Both the position numbers and the translations under genes were made by a program. DNA of 64,000 nucleotides, taken from contig MU053482.1 of NCBI GenBank assembly GCA_013239625.1, positions 62,001 through 126,000 of the forward strand, given 5' to 3'. How positions within the stretch are numbered: position 1 is the first letter of the stretch; the number at the start of each line of letters is the position of its first letter. The notes below the pieces were generated by a model. The model saw only the letters and a list, made by a program, of their open reading frames with translations, was not told where the DNA came from and searched no databases. Source of the stretch: Lama guanicoe (lineage: Eukaryota). Shown in pieces: positions 12,240-24,549 of the stretch.

Positions 12240-13460
12240 AACACTAGCAGTGTGGTACAAGATAACATTATCTTTGCCCTGGACATCTGCTATAAACTTC
12301 TAATTGATCTGACTGCAAATGCACTTACTGCCTTTAATACATTTTTTACAGCAACCAGAGTTATATTTTTGAAATGTAAATTGGATCATGTTACACTGCA
12401 GCTTAAAATCCTACCATTTCTCCCTTTTGTTTCTTGGATAAAGAGAAAACTTAAAATTAAGCACAAGGGTTTACATGATCTTTTCCTACCTCTGTCTCAT
12501 CCCATTCACCCTGGGCTTGCTTTCTAAGCCCTAGTTCTACTGGCATTTCACCCCCTGCCCAAATTTACCATGAAATTTCAAGTCACTCAGCCTTTACACC
12601 ACTCGTTCCTATTAACCAGACATATTTTTTCTCTGCTCAGTATCCTCTCTACTTATTAGTGAATTCTTATCCTTCAGCTATCATATTAGTTAACACCTCT
12701 TTGGAAGGCATTCCCCGTGAACTCTGACTGGGTTAAATAGGCTCAGAGTGTACAGTAAGTCTTCCTAGCAGTACAATTGTTATTTTACGTTTATTTAAGT
12801 GATTTGATTAGTGTTGGTCTCCCTCACTAGACTACATAGTTCAGAGAACAAGACCTGGATTTGATTTTGCCAGTACCGTGACCACTAATACTGAACACCT
12901 AGAGGTTACCCAATGATATTTGTGTGTTTAAATGGAGAACTGACAGGAATTGATGAATGTCTGATTTGAAGCATAAGGGAATATAGAAAGAGGAAAGCAC
13001 TGAGGATGTCTCGGAGGGTTCTTTCCTGGGGCACTGTGTATGTAACACCATCAGCTAGGAGTGAGGAACATGGTGGAGAAATGGTTTCAGAGCAGAGATG
13101 ACCAACTTATACAGAGCTGGACAAATAAAATGTGCCTCAGTTATATCTGGGGGGAACACCCTATAAAGCAACCAGAAATATAGAGAGAATTGGAGAAGTC
13201 TTCTAGAAACATATTTTTTAGAATCACCAGGAAAAAATATGATATAGTCAGAGAAGTAAATGGAATCATCCTTGTGGAGCTTACTGGCTGAGTAGAGACT
13301 GTGGTAAGGACAGAATGCTACTTAAGGGAAAAATAAAGACAAAGAGTAAGCAAAGTTCAAGGAGCATGCTGAGAATTCGAAGAAAAACAGAAGGAAGAAG
13401 TGTTTTAAAGGCTGAGAGAGGGGAACACTTCATGAAGATGAGAAGGATGTTAATAAATGA
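12240..13460. mobile_element. LINE-2 3' fragments in both orientations
   Basis: ACAGCAACCAGAGTTATATTTTTGAAATGTAAATTGGATCATGTTAC and TCTCCCTCACTAGACT are L2 3' motifs; 12950-13460 is purine-rich opposite-strand L2-like sequence. Confidence 0.6.
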
Positions 13461-13899
13461 GAGATTACCATTCCCTGGTTTGCATGCCACATGCAAAATC
13501 CTTACTTATTTCTGGTCTCCTGAAGACAGGAAAGATGGAGCTATGAAGATTGCAGGAGACTCAATCTAAGTTCAGAAAAAAACAAAAACAGAGCATGCAG
13601 TCTAAGGCAAGTTGTTTGGAGTGAACTAAGATTTGTAAGCCTTTCTGCAATATATCAAAATATGTGTGTGTGTATGAGTGCTTGTGTGTGTGTGTGTGTA
13701 TGCGTGCGCCTTGGGAATGCAAATTTTATCTGATGTATCTAAGAAGATTTTTTAATTTAACTAAGAGTAAACATGAATTTTATTCCAAGCCATAGCCAGG
13801 AACAAATTAAAGTTTTGCCCCAACACAAGAAATACAGAGAGTATTTGCAAGTAGAGCAAGCAGGGGGTGTTTCCCAAGACTGAAGGAGAAGATACAGCC

Positions 13900-14372
13900 A
13901 AGAGAGAGTAGAAACACAATGCTATCTGTAGTATACCCTGTGCCACACCTCCCAAATCTGTTTTCAGGACCTATGTATGCACCTATCTCCCAGATGCTGG
14001 GAATATCAGATACTGGGAGCTCACAACTGCACCGCTCCCTGGAATTGTCCTCAGACCCAAGGAACAACCTTATCCAAAATTTTGTCCCATCATTCAAGGT
14101 AGCCCATGGTAAATAACAGGATACCATGAGAGTACAAATAATTGGCATCCTTGCCTTATTGTGGGATGACACAGAAGGGCCATTCCAGCCCCAGAACTTC
14201 CCATTGTATCACTGGAGGCCTCAGATGCAATCTCATGATGAGTCAGCTCCTCCTTTGACCTAGTCCTACATTGTAACTTTTTTACAGGATGATTCTTCAG
14301 AGAACTCCTCCAAAATCCTTCTGTACACAGTTCTATAACTCAGTTTGTATTTATCTAGGACCCTATATACAA
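13900..14372. mobile_element. Old ERVL LTR remnant (LTR16/33-like)
   Basis: CCATTCCAGCCCCAGAACTTCCC motif and an LTR-like 3' end; family tentative. Confidence 0.4.
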
Positions 14373-14544
14373 TAATAGGAAAGATAGTTTCCAATAAACT
14401 TTTAACTTCCATTTGCTAATTAATGCTGATCACTGTCTATCACTATATAAAATATCGTGAAACCATGAAGATAAATCTGACACTGATTTTGACCTCAAAG
14501 AAGTTATACCCTAGTAGTAAATACCTAGCTGTGTTTTTTTGTAA

Positions 14545-14720
14545 GCTGGAATGAGCATCAGAATCACCTGATGGAGGGGTTATTAGCATATTACTGGATC
14601 CTAGCCCCCAAGTTTCTGATTTAGTGAGTCTGGGGTAGTGTCCAGTAATTAGCATTTATAGCAAGTTACCAGATGATGCTGATACTCATGATCCAGGGAC
14701 TACACTTTAAGAACTACCGG
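14545..14720 (+). mobile_element. MER5A hAT-Charlie DNA transposon
   Basis: GCATCAGAATCACCTG...TTTCTGATTTAGTGAGTCTGGGGT...GATGATGCTGAT...CCAGGGACTACACTTTAAGAACTAC. Confidence 0.8.
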
Positions 14721-15514
14721 TAACTAGTGATAAATGACATACAGAAAGATAAACAAACCTATTAAAATAATAAAAAGAATAAATAATCATAAAATAAGTC
14801 AACTGGGAAAGGCTCTATGGATAGTTTGTCATTAAGTCTGGGCTAAAAACTACGTTGGTAATTGAAGCTACGTGGGAAAAGTTACAAGACTTTGAGGTTC
14901 TAAGAGGGACAATTGTTCTGCTGGAGTTACATAATAGTCTCCCAATTTGTCTTGATTTCTTAATCCTATTCCTTAGCTTAGATCCAAACACCACTAGCCA
15001 ATCCTCCACCTTTATTGCATTCCCTCCCACATGCCATTTTCTTAATTTTTCAGGTGTATTTTTCAAGAATGTATCATATCATTCTCCAGAACCATCTACC
15101 TCAATCCCAGTCCTGTGATTTTTGCAAACACACACACACATACACACACCCACACCATCTTGTTTAGGCTTTACATCCTGACTAACAGATATAATTGACA
15201 ATAAATATTTGCTAATTTAAAGCCATATGAAGGTTCTTCCTTAGAAACTGAAGGGAAGAGAGACATACGCAGGACTGTTATACCTTGAAAACTTTGTATG
15301 GTTTTCTATGTAGGTGAGACAAATACTTTGAAGTGAGAGTGTCTTTTAACTCTGCCTCATATTCCTCTCTAGGTCTCCTCTGCTATATTATGGAATTAAA
15401 GAATGGACTTTCTATTCCTCCAGAAAATAGGCAACGTGCTATGAAAGGGGTTAGGGTCTCTCACTGGAAACAAGCAAACTGCAAGAAATGTGTCTATAAC
15501 CAATTCCCACAGGT

Positions 15515-16456
15515 ATGCTGCACCCCAACAATACACAGTTCCATCCCTCCTCCTTTCTTCTGATAGGGATTCCGGGGCTGGAAGATGCACACGTGTGGAT
15601 AGGCTTCCCCTTCTTTGCAGTGTATCTAATAGCCCTCCTGGGGAACGCTGCCATTCTGTTTGTGATCCAGACTGAACACAGCCTCCACCAACCTGTGTTT
15701 TACTTCCTGGCCATGTTGGCCTGCACTGATCTTGGCCTGTCCACAGCCACCATCCCCAAGATGCTGGGCATTTTCTGGTTCAATCTCGGGGAGATTGTGT
15801 TTGGTGCTTGCATCACACAGATGTACATGATCCATATATGCACTGGCCTGGAGTCAGTGGTGCTGACAGTCATGGCCATAGACCGATATATTGCCATCTG
15901 CAACCCCCTGAGGTACAGCATGATCCTCACCAACAAGGTGATAGCCATCCTGGGCATAGTCATCATAGTCAGGACTTTGGTGTTTGTGACTCCATTTATA
16001 TTTCTCATCCTGAGACTGCCTTTTTGTGATGTCCGGGTTATCCCTCACACCTATTGTGAACACATGGGTTTGGCAAAGTTGGCTTGTGCTAGTATTAGGG
16101 TCAATGTTATCTATGGCTTGATTGCTTTTTCCGTGGGCTACATTGACCTTTCTGTGATTAGATTTTCCTATGTCCAAATCCTCAGAGCAGTCTTCCATCT
16201 CCCATCCTGGGATGCCCGGCTGAAGGCACTCAGCACATGTGGCTCCCATGTCTGCGTCATGTTGGCCTTTTACCTGCCAGCACTCTTCTCCTTCATGACA
16301 CACCGCTTTGGCCACAGCGTCCCTCACTACATCCACATACTTCTAGCTAATCTATACGTGGTCGTTCCCCCTGCCCTTAACCCTGTTATCTATGGGGTCA
16401 GGACAAAGCAGATAAGAGAGCGAGTACTTAGGATGCTTAACCCTAAAAGCTATTGA
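15515..16456 (+). CDS. OR52E5: Olfactory receptor 52E5-like, intact 313 aa
   Basis: Full 7TM class I OR: N-glycosylation site [64 protein letters not shown]. Acceptor TTCCCACAG at 15504-15512, 2 nt before the ATG. Confidence 0.95.
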   Translation: MLHPNNTQFHPSSFLLIGIPGLEDAHVWIGFPFFAVYLIALLGNAAILFVIQTEHSLHQPVFYFLAMLACTDLGLSTATIPKMLGIFWFNLGEIVFGACITQMYMIHICTGLESVVLTVMAIDRYIAICNPLRYSMILTNKVIAILGIVIIVRTLVFVTPFIFLILRLPFCDVRVIPHTYCEHMGLAKLACASIRVNVIYGLIAFSVGYIDLSVIRFSYVQILRAVFHLPSWDARLKALSTCGSHVCVMLAFYLPALFSFMTHRFGHSVPHYIHILLANLYVVVPPALNPVIYGVRTKQIRERVLRMLNPKSY

Positions 16457-18569
16457 TATTTAACCCCAAGAAAGTCTTCCATGATCACTCAGCAGGGCAA
16501 TAACAGGTTCCAAGCAGAAGTAAATACTGGAAATATTTTTGTTAAACTCCTCTGGCATTCCCACACAAGCCAGTCACACAGAATTTATCCCCATTAGTCA
16601 TAATTTTTACACCCCATAGGAGCAGCTCAAAGAGTCCAAAATAATCACTCTACATTTGATCACAGGAAAAGTACAGCAAAAAACTTTTCATATTTAAACC
16701 CTACTGATACTAAAAAATCCCTAAAGGGAGGAAAGGGTTTGCAAAAAGTTGTGCCCCTAGTAACTACCTTAAATAATTTTCTTTCTCATGGACATTCTCT
16801 TCATTCACATGTCAGAAGCTTAAGTTCATAACTATGAAAATGATTAATTTCATGGAAACCAAGCAGGATACAGTGGTAATTCAGGCTTTGGCTTCAACTG
16901 AAAGGTTTACCTGAGAATGTCACTTAGAGCTTGCTGAGTTTCAGTATCTCTGCAAATGAAATAACTAAAAAAAAAAAAGTGAAAATGTTTGCAGATTCTA
17001 AAACGTTAAAAGATTCGGAAATAAATAAATTAATGTATTTGTAATGTGGTTGTTACTTCTGGTGTATATAGATTTAGCTAACTAAATCCAATCTGAGGGT
17101 AGAGTCACTGGTGTGAAATGAGGTCTCAAGCCCCAGATGACCCCAGTGCTTGGGGGCATTTAGGGACTCAGTCCTTACCTTGGTGAGAGCCTTTTGGTCG
17201 GGAGACTACAAAGCCTGAGGAGTTAAGAGACTGCTCTGTGGGCTTGAGGACTCAGTGAAACTTCACGCCCTTCAGTCTGGGTAGGGTGAGCTTTAGGGCA
17301 GACTGTAAGAGAGTGGACGCTGACAACATACAAAGTCATTCTCATTCCAGTTTGAAAGCTCGGTAGGTTAATTGATTTCTCTGGGTATTCTAGAAGCTGC
17401 AAAAACATAAAGTTGCCTTCTAATTGGAAATGGGACTCTGGTTGAAACTCAAGGAATGAGCAAGGAATATGCAGAGAACAGGGCTAAGGTAATGGTAATG
17501 TAGACTGAGAGAGGAAGTAAACAGAGAAAAATAATATTTTGTATAAATATATAAAGAAAATGACCAGATTATTTTCTAAATAGAAATTACAATATTGACA
17601 CAAACAAGACTTAGAAAAAACTAAGCAGATCAAAATGATGAAGGAAGACGACAAAAATAGTCATTGCAGACTTTCATCTAAGTAGGATAGTAGGCCACAA
17701 TAACTTTTCATATGTTTCTTAACTGTTTTGCAATATTGAAAAATTTGCAAAGCTTTCAAAACCATTTTAGAAAATTAACATTCTCCTGATAACAAATTTA
17801 GAAAATAAAGAAGAAAGAAAATTCAGAATAAAAAATTCAGAAGAAAGAAAAATACAGGTCCACCACCCATACAGATGCAGATAGAAACATGTAACTAAAT
17901 TTGATGAAGCATTTTGGTTATATATTTTTAAAAGAAGCTAATATAGACATTATTGAAAGAGGAAGAGTACTTCCTGAGTACCAACTACTTTTCCATTACC
18001 TTATTTAATTTTCAACATAGCCCTAAAACATAGATAATAATATTAATGTCAGTTTACATAAGTAAAAATTAAGACCTTAAAATGATAAATTTCTTCATTG
18101 ATCTCATGGAGCTACTGTCTCTAATTTCACATTCCAAGTTTTAAAACTATATCCTACACTGTCTATGTGGACTAATTACAGAGAAGAATAATGATTCAAT
18201 ATTAGAAAATGTATAAATTAAACACATCATATCAGTAATTAATGCATAAATATCATATACTTAATGCCATAAATTTTGAGGCTAGTGAAAAAGTCCAAAA
18301 TACTAAATTATTTTTTAAAGTTTAATGATAAAAAGGAAGTTTATTAACATCGGAGAAAAATTCTTCCTTTTTAAGTAAATAATTTCTATCAAAATCAGAA
18401 ATAAGTTAAGGTTTTTCCAGTCAGCTTTTTTAAATTACAGTGATACAATGAAATTCAACTAGGTAATGAAGAAAACATGTTTATTCAAAAAGCTAAAATT
18501 CATTATCATTTGAAGGTAATATAATCTCCTTCCAAAAAATCTTGACAGAATGATCTAAAAAAAGTTGTT

Positions 18570-18742
18570 AATAATAAAGTCTCTGTATAACACAGGGAAC
18601 TATATTCAATGGTGTGTAGTAGACTGTAATGAAAAATATGAAAAAGAATATGTATACATACATATATGTATAGTTGAATCACTATGCTGTACACCAGAAA
18701 TTAATACAACATTGTAAATCACCTACAATTCAATAAAAAAAT
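18570..18742 (+). mobile_element. L1 3' UTR end fragment (artiodactyl-type)
   Basis: TATAACACAGGGAACTATATTCAA...GAATCACTATGCTGTACACCAGAAATTAATACAACATTGTAAATCA...TTCAATAAAAAA. Confidence 0.85.
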
Positions 18743-18884
18743 GGGGGAAAAAAGCAAAATCTTCAGTGTTGTCAACTAAAAAAGTATATAAAAATCTTGG
18801 TATGTCCTATGAGACATTAAAAACAGTTAAAGACATAATACCCAAATTGTACAGAGTAACAACTGCAAACATATAGATGGCCCC

Positions 18885-19299
18885 TGTGGTAGGAGGTCAC
18901 TGGGAGGACATGACTGTCTGTTGACCTGCCAGCTGGACCTCGACAACAGAAGGCTTCTCACCCCTTCCCCTGTTCTTGGAATGTACCTTCTACCCAGCAT
19001 TCCCACACTAGGCGCTATTCCAAGGACGCAGCCTTGAGAAAGTAAAGTGTTGTTGAGACCATCTGGACTGAATATAAGACTGAGCCCAGTTAAAACCTTG
19101 ATATAAACTTTAAAGGTTCTGGCAGTTTGAGGTAGAGATCTACTCATCTTGCAACCTCATATGTAAGGTCCTTGCTTATTAAAACTGTCACCTACCACTC
19201 TGGAGTGGTCTGCCTCTTTCATTGGTGTCTCTTTGCCTTCCATATACAGGGGCCAGTTGCAGATTTCACCTTGGAAATGTCCAAGGTTGTGAACCCACA
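18885..19299 (+). mobile_element. Solo ERV LTR (ERV1-like)
   Basis: TG...CA ends, sharp GC increase, TATAAA near 19102 and ATTAAA near 19178. No clear TSD. Confidence 0.65.
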
Positions 19300-19333
19300 C
19301 ATATGTACATACAGATGAAGGTATGGATGGATA

Positions 19334-19337
<4 letters not shown>

Positions 19338-19374
<37 letters not shown>
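19338..19374 (+). repeat. (TG)n microsatellite
   Basis: Visible TG run. Confidence 0.95.
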
Positions 19375-19376
<2 letters not shown>

Positions 19377-20094
19377 TCGTTGGCCGTAGGGAAATTATGG
19401 TTGCTGGATTCTGAATCACACCATACATCTTCTCAAAACAAATCTTCTCTCAATAATATCAGAAGGAGTATAAACAAAACCACATTGGCCCACCCCTTCA
19501 ACATTAACAGAAGACAGAGAATGGCAGGATTTTAAAGTGTTTTAAGAGAAAAGAGTTTCAGCTGGAGCTTCCACAGTTGTCACTGACTTTAGGTTCAGAC
19601 TGTGGATAGTGGGAGGCTTAAAAGGCATTGTGAAAAAGAGGAGAAGGGTTTGGAGACACATACATAGCATAAAGGAAGTCACCAACTTCTAAAATATCTA
19701 ACACACGTCAGAGATGCTACTGAAAACATCACTGGCTAGAGGAAAGTGGCTCAAAAGTGAGTAAGACTGGAGGTAACGGCCTCAGAAATGCATTGACTGC
19801 TTCTGGGGAAGGAGAAGATAACTGGAAGAAAGAGGGACCTCCTTATAGATGAGGTAATCAAAAGAAAGGAGGGAATGAGAGAGGAAAAAAGACCCTAAAG
19901 AAACAAAAGAAAACCAAAGACGTGTCAACCTCTCCCTGCCCTCCCGCTAAAGTTATTATCTTTAAATAAGCTTATCTTTATGATACTGACAGAAGAGGGT
20001 GCTCTTGTACTAGGAATTCTATCAGCAAAATAACAAGAAATAGGAAAAATCAGTTCAAATCTATAAAATGCTACAGTAAGAAGTAAATAAAATC

Positions 20095-21090
20095 AGACCA
20101 TAGACAAAAATTAATTCAAGGTGTATCAACAACCTAAATGTAAAAGCTAAAATTATAAAACTCTTAGGAGTAAACACAGGGGTAATCTTCATGACCTTGG
20201 ATTAGGCAATGGTTTCTTAGCTATAATACTAAAAGGACAAACAACTGAAAAAAGAAAATAGATACACTGGACTTCATCAAAATTTAAAAACATAATTCTT
20301 CAAAGGATAGCATCAAGAAAATGAAAAGATAGCCTACAGAATGGAAAAGATACTTGCAAATCTCATACCTGATAAGGTTCCAGTATCCAGAATACAGAAA
20401 GAACTCTTACAATCCAACAGTAAAAAGCAAATAACCCAATTAAAACTAGGCAAAGGATCTGAACACATATTTTTCCTAAGAATATATATAATGGCCAATA
20501 ATCACATGAAAAGATGCTCAAAATCATTAGTTGATCGGGAAATGCAAATCAAATTCACAATGAAATACTACTTTACACTGACAAGGGAGCTATTATCAAA
20601 GCACTGATATTAGGTGCTGATAAAGATGTGGAGAATAAATACACTGATAGTGAGAATGTTAAATAATATGGCCATTTGGGAAAAAAAATTGTCATTTTCT
20701 CAAAAAAGTTAAACACAGAGTAACCATTATGACCCAGAAATTCCACTCTTAGGTTTCTACCCAAGAGTATTTAAAAATACATCAATACAAAGACTTGTCA
20801 TGAATGTCGTAACAGCATTAGTTATAATAGCATAAAAGTAGTATTAACACAAATGTCCATCAACTGATAAACACTTAAATATACCTTGGTATATCCATAT
20901 GATGGACTATTATTCAGCCATAATGAAGTACTGATACCTGCTACAAAATGGATGAAACTTGAAAGCACCATGCTGTGTGAAAAGCAGCTAGACACAAATG
21001 GCCACACACTGTATGATTCCAATTATATTAAATGTCCACACTAGGCAAAATTTTAAAGACAAAATGTAAATTAGTGATGACAGACACTGA
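20095..21090 (+). mobile_element. Old L1 (L1MB/MC-type) ORF2 3' end and 3'UTR
   Basis: Decayed ORF2 C-terminal peptide (EKILANLIPDK...NHMKRCSKSLVDREMQIK) followed by 3'UTR motifs. Confidence 0.85.
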
Positions 21091-21104
21091 AGAAGAGAAG
21101 AATG

Positions 21105-21650
21105 AAGACCTCACACTTGGAAAGAGATTGGGTCATTAGAACCTAAAAGGTTGAAGGTGAGCCTATATAACTGTGTCTCAGATCTCTTAGGAAGGGCACT
21201 ACCTCTAACTAGGACTAGTGTCACAGGAGCTCAGAGGAGGTGCCCCTTAGAACTGGGACTAAGACCTCTGAGGAAGAGACTCCATCCTGCTGCTGCCGGT
21301 ACCTCTGAGGGAGTTCAGTGAGGCTGATTTGATCCAGGGAGTTCTAAAACTCAAACCAAAACCAAAACCAAAACAAACTCCAAAACCCAAACAACCGACC
21401 AACCAACAAATCTCAGAAACCAAAACCAACTCCACGGCCAGGATGAAGAGTCATTGCTGAGGGATACTGACAGGAGAGGAAGCAGCAAATATCCCCTCCC
21501 TGATTCAACCTTCCAGACTTTTTCAGTTGCTCTCTGTAGGTGGAAGCTAAGAGGGAGCCACTGACAAAGGGTCCGAGAGGCCAAGCCCCTGAATCACAAA
21601 GCAGAGTTCAGATGGGAGTTTAGGGCTGAGAGACAAGAGTTAATCTGTGC
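21105..21650. mobile_element. Old ERVL LTR remnant containing an (AAACC)n-like run at ~21350-21430
   Basis: GC-richer LTR33/LTR41-like block; family tentative. Confidence 0.4.
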
Positions 21651-23317
21651 ATAGCAACAACCAGTCTGAGTCTGAAATCTCTGACATCACAAGAGATGGT
21701 CACAGCAGCACCCTGTGGTACAGTGTGCCTCCAGGTGAACTGGAGACAGAATCGAGTCCTCCAGGTCAGGCAGGTGAAGAGACAGGACATCATGTTATAC
21801 AGGCAGCTTTTGCAGTTATGAAATAATTTTGCATTAAACTAGCAGCAGGAATGGAGATCCATTGACTTATACTGTGGGAATTAAAATAACTACAACTCAG
21901 TACTGGTATGGACTCCAGGGGCAGATTCTTCCAAAGTCACACTCAAGAACATCAGGAATGAAAAATGACATTTCCCAACAAATAGAGGTTCTTAATATCC
22001 TCAGACAAGCCAGTCACAGGTGTGACTGCGTATTTGCCATTTTTTAGAAAGGAATTCTCTAATAGAGCTTCTCTCCATCTCGTGGTTGCCCAAAGAGTTT
22101 TATCCACTGCCATTTCCTATTGTTCCTCAAAGGACAGAAGGGCCGACTTCAATACTGTTTTCCAGCAATGTCCTTATATACTGATAATAATAATAATGAA
22201 ATTAAAAGCTCAAATGTTTTGAGCATTTGCAATGTACCAGTGTCTGTGCATGATAATATTTAACTTTTATAAGAGACTTCTGTGGATGATTATAAAAAAT
22301 AAAATTTTAAAAACAGCTAACATAAAGGAAATAACTCATATGAAAATGGTACGTATTGTAAGGGTATATTTTCAAACATCTAATCCACTCTGTTGTTCTC
22401 AAGGAGTCCTTTTTCTATCTCCACTATGCTTTCTTGAGTGCAAACCCAGAAGGGACTCAAAGAAAAGTCTGTTAGTTGATTAAAATTTAGATCTTAATTC
22501 CTAATCTAGACTTCTCCAGATCAATGCAAACAGGCAACATAATTATGCAAAGCTCAACTCAAACTGGGTTCACATAGGGATACATACTGCCAGCTCATTG
22601 TGGGGATTTGTAAGGATGTAAGGGGCCAGTACAACAGTTGTGATTCCTCACAGTAGCTAGCACAATTTTGGCACATCCCAGGGGCTCAGTAAACATCCTC
22701 TTACTTGTGATATTGAAGTTGGTAAGTGAAGAGTCAACAAATAATCTCTATAATGGATCTCCAGTTCCACAGAAGTCATGCCCTAAATATGAGGAACAGA
22801 CAATCCACGTACTTAAGGTTGGCTCTCCACTCTGGTTTTAAGAAGAGAGGTTAAGAGGACCACAATTTAGCACAGATTTGTCAAACCCAGTGCAGGTGGT
22901 TCAAGAAACTGGACACACTGGTCCTAAGACAGGCTTTGGGGTGAATCCACATATAGATAAAGAAGATGGGAAGCAGGGTTACTCTAAGAGCCAGATTGTA
23001 AAGGGCAGATTCAACTCCGCCATGAAGTTTTCATAGCATTAAAAAATGTCCTCTTATCACAGTCTTGGTTGGATGAATTTAGCATTAACTAAATGCATTT
23101 TAAATTGGTAGATTGTAGATGTTCTGTCAGTTTAAATGAGAAAATCTGTGAAGAGTCACTGCCATAATAGGCTGATGATGGTCCGACTGTATTGGAAAGA
23201 GGTGTACTAAGAACATGGGAAGGGGAGGTGGAGCCTCCAAAACCACTCACCTCACTCCCTGGTTGCAGGTTTGTCATATTTGCAAGAGAAATTTGCATGA
23301 GCAACCCAGAACCTTTT

Positions 23318-23366
23318 TAATATATATTTTTATTGAAGTATAATCAGTTTGCAATGTTGTGTCAAT
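23318..23366 (-). mobile_element. 49-bp L1 extreme 3' end with a 13-bp TSD
   Basis: TTTTATTGAAGTATAATCAGTTTGCAATGTTGTGTCAA is the reverse complement of the L1 terminus; flanked by CCCAGAACCTTTT at 23305-23317 and 23367-23379. Confidence 0.85.
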
Positions 23367-24549
23367 CCCAGAACCTTTTGAGAAGGAAAATCTGAAACCA
23401 TTGAGCCGTATTCCAGAACACAGCAGCTTTAATTCAAAACCAAGTGACGAGAGAGCAAGAAGTTCCCAGGGAATTAAATATCCGGAGGAAAAAGGGAGTC
23501 TATCCTGGTGACCAATGCTCAAAACAAAGACCTAAATATTATTGAGAGAATAGAACTATGTTTTTCACTGATCCACAAAAGTGAGGTCTGGGCATCTCTT
23601 AGTACATAGTCATCTGATACATTTTGGCTTCGGATATATTCTATGTATATCGGTGTTAATGATCAGAGCTGTGATCTCAGAGCCCCAGTGTGGGATATCA
23701 AGGCTGGCAACCAGGGAGTCTAAACAGCATGGTATTACTGCCAGGAGTAAAGAAAAAGGTTCATTGTTTGCAATTCAACAGAGCTTCCTTGTGGCTACTA
23801 ACAGGAATAGCAATACTGGAGTGATTCCAGTTAACCTCTGCTTAGTGTTCGAAAGGAGACTGATGACTTTGAAATCAGTAAAGCTCCTGAGATCTTCAAC
23901 AGGAGGGGAGGAGTAGTGATTAACTTAAAGAAGAAAATACTGTACTTCCTACTCATAAAGCATGTGAGAATTTGAATGATTAATTAAAAAAATAAAAGGT
24001 ATAAAACAGTTTACACTGATTTTCTATTCTTCACTGACATTAAAGAGTCAATATCAAATCAATGATATGATTAATAAGGATAGAATATATCTCAGTATTT
24101 CATAAAGCGTTACATTAGCAATATTCAGCTAAATGCTATATGTAATAGTAACATTTATTCATTTCTTCATCTATTCAACCAAAAATTAGTTATTGAGTGC
24201 TTTATGTGTGAGTAGCACAATAGTGTTTAGCATTGATAACTACCAAGAAGTAAACTGCTTTAAAAGATATTATGGTCAAAATAGCCCATGAATTATCATT
24301 ATTTCCAATTTTAAAGATTAAACTACTGAGTAAAAAGACAAAATACTAATGGTCATTCAACTAACAGGGACAAGAGTGAAGAGAGAGAAGTCAGGCATAT
24401 TTTCTATATGAATCTACTTCTCCTATTACATTTCCAAGGAGTGAGCTGCACTGTTAGACTTCAACTGAACAGTTTTACAGCTTTCTGAAGTTTTTCACGC
24501 TCCAGACTGTAGAGGGCAAAGGCAGTGTACCACACAAGCCAACACACAT

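Noticed and set aside
15626..16336. Antisense and alternate-frame ORFs over OR genes (also at 36636, 37221, 50211, 50332, 57815, 58383)
   Set aside because: Shadows of OR codon usage. The similar peptides at 36636 and 50332 only reflect DNA identity between paralogs.
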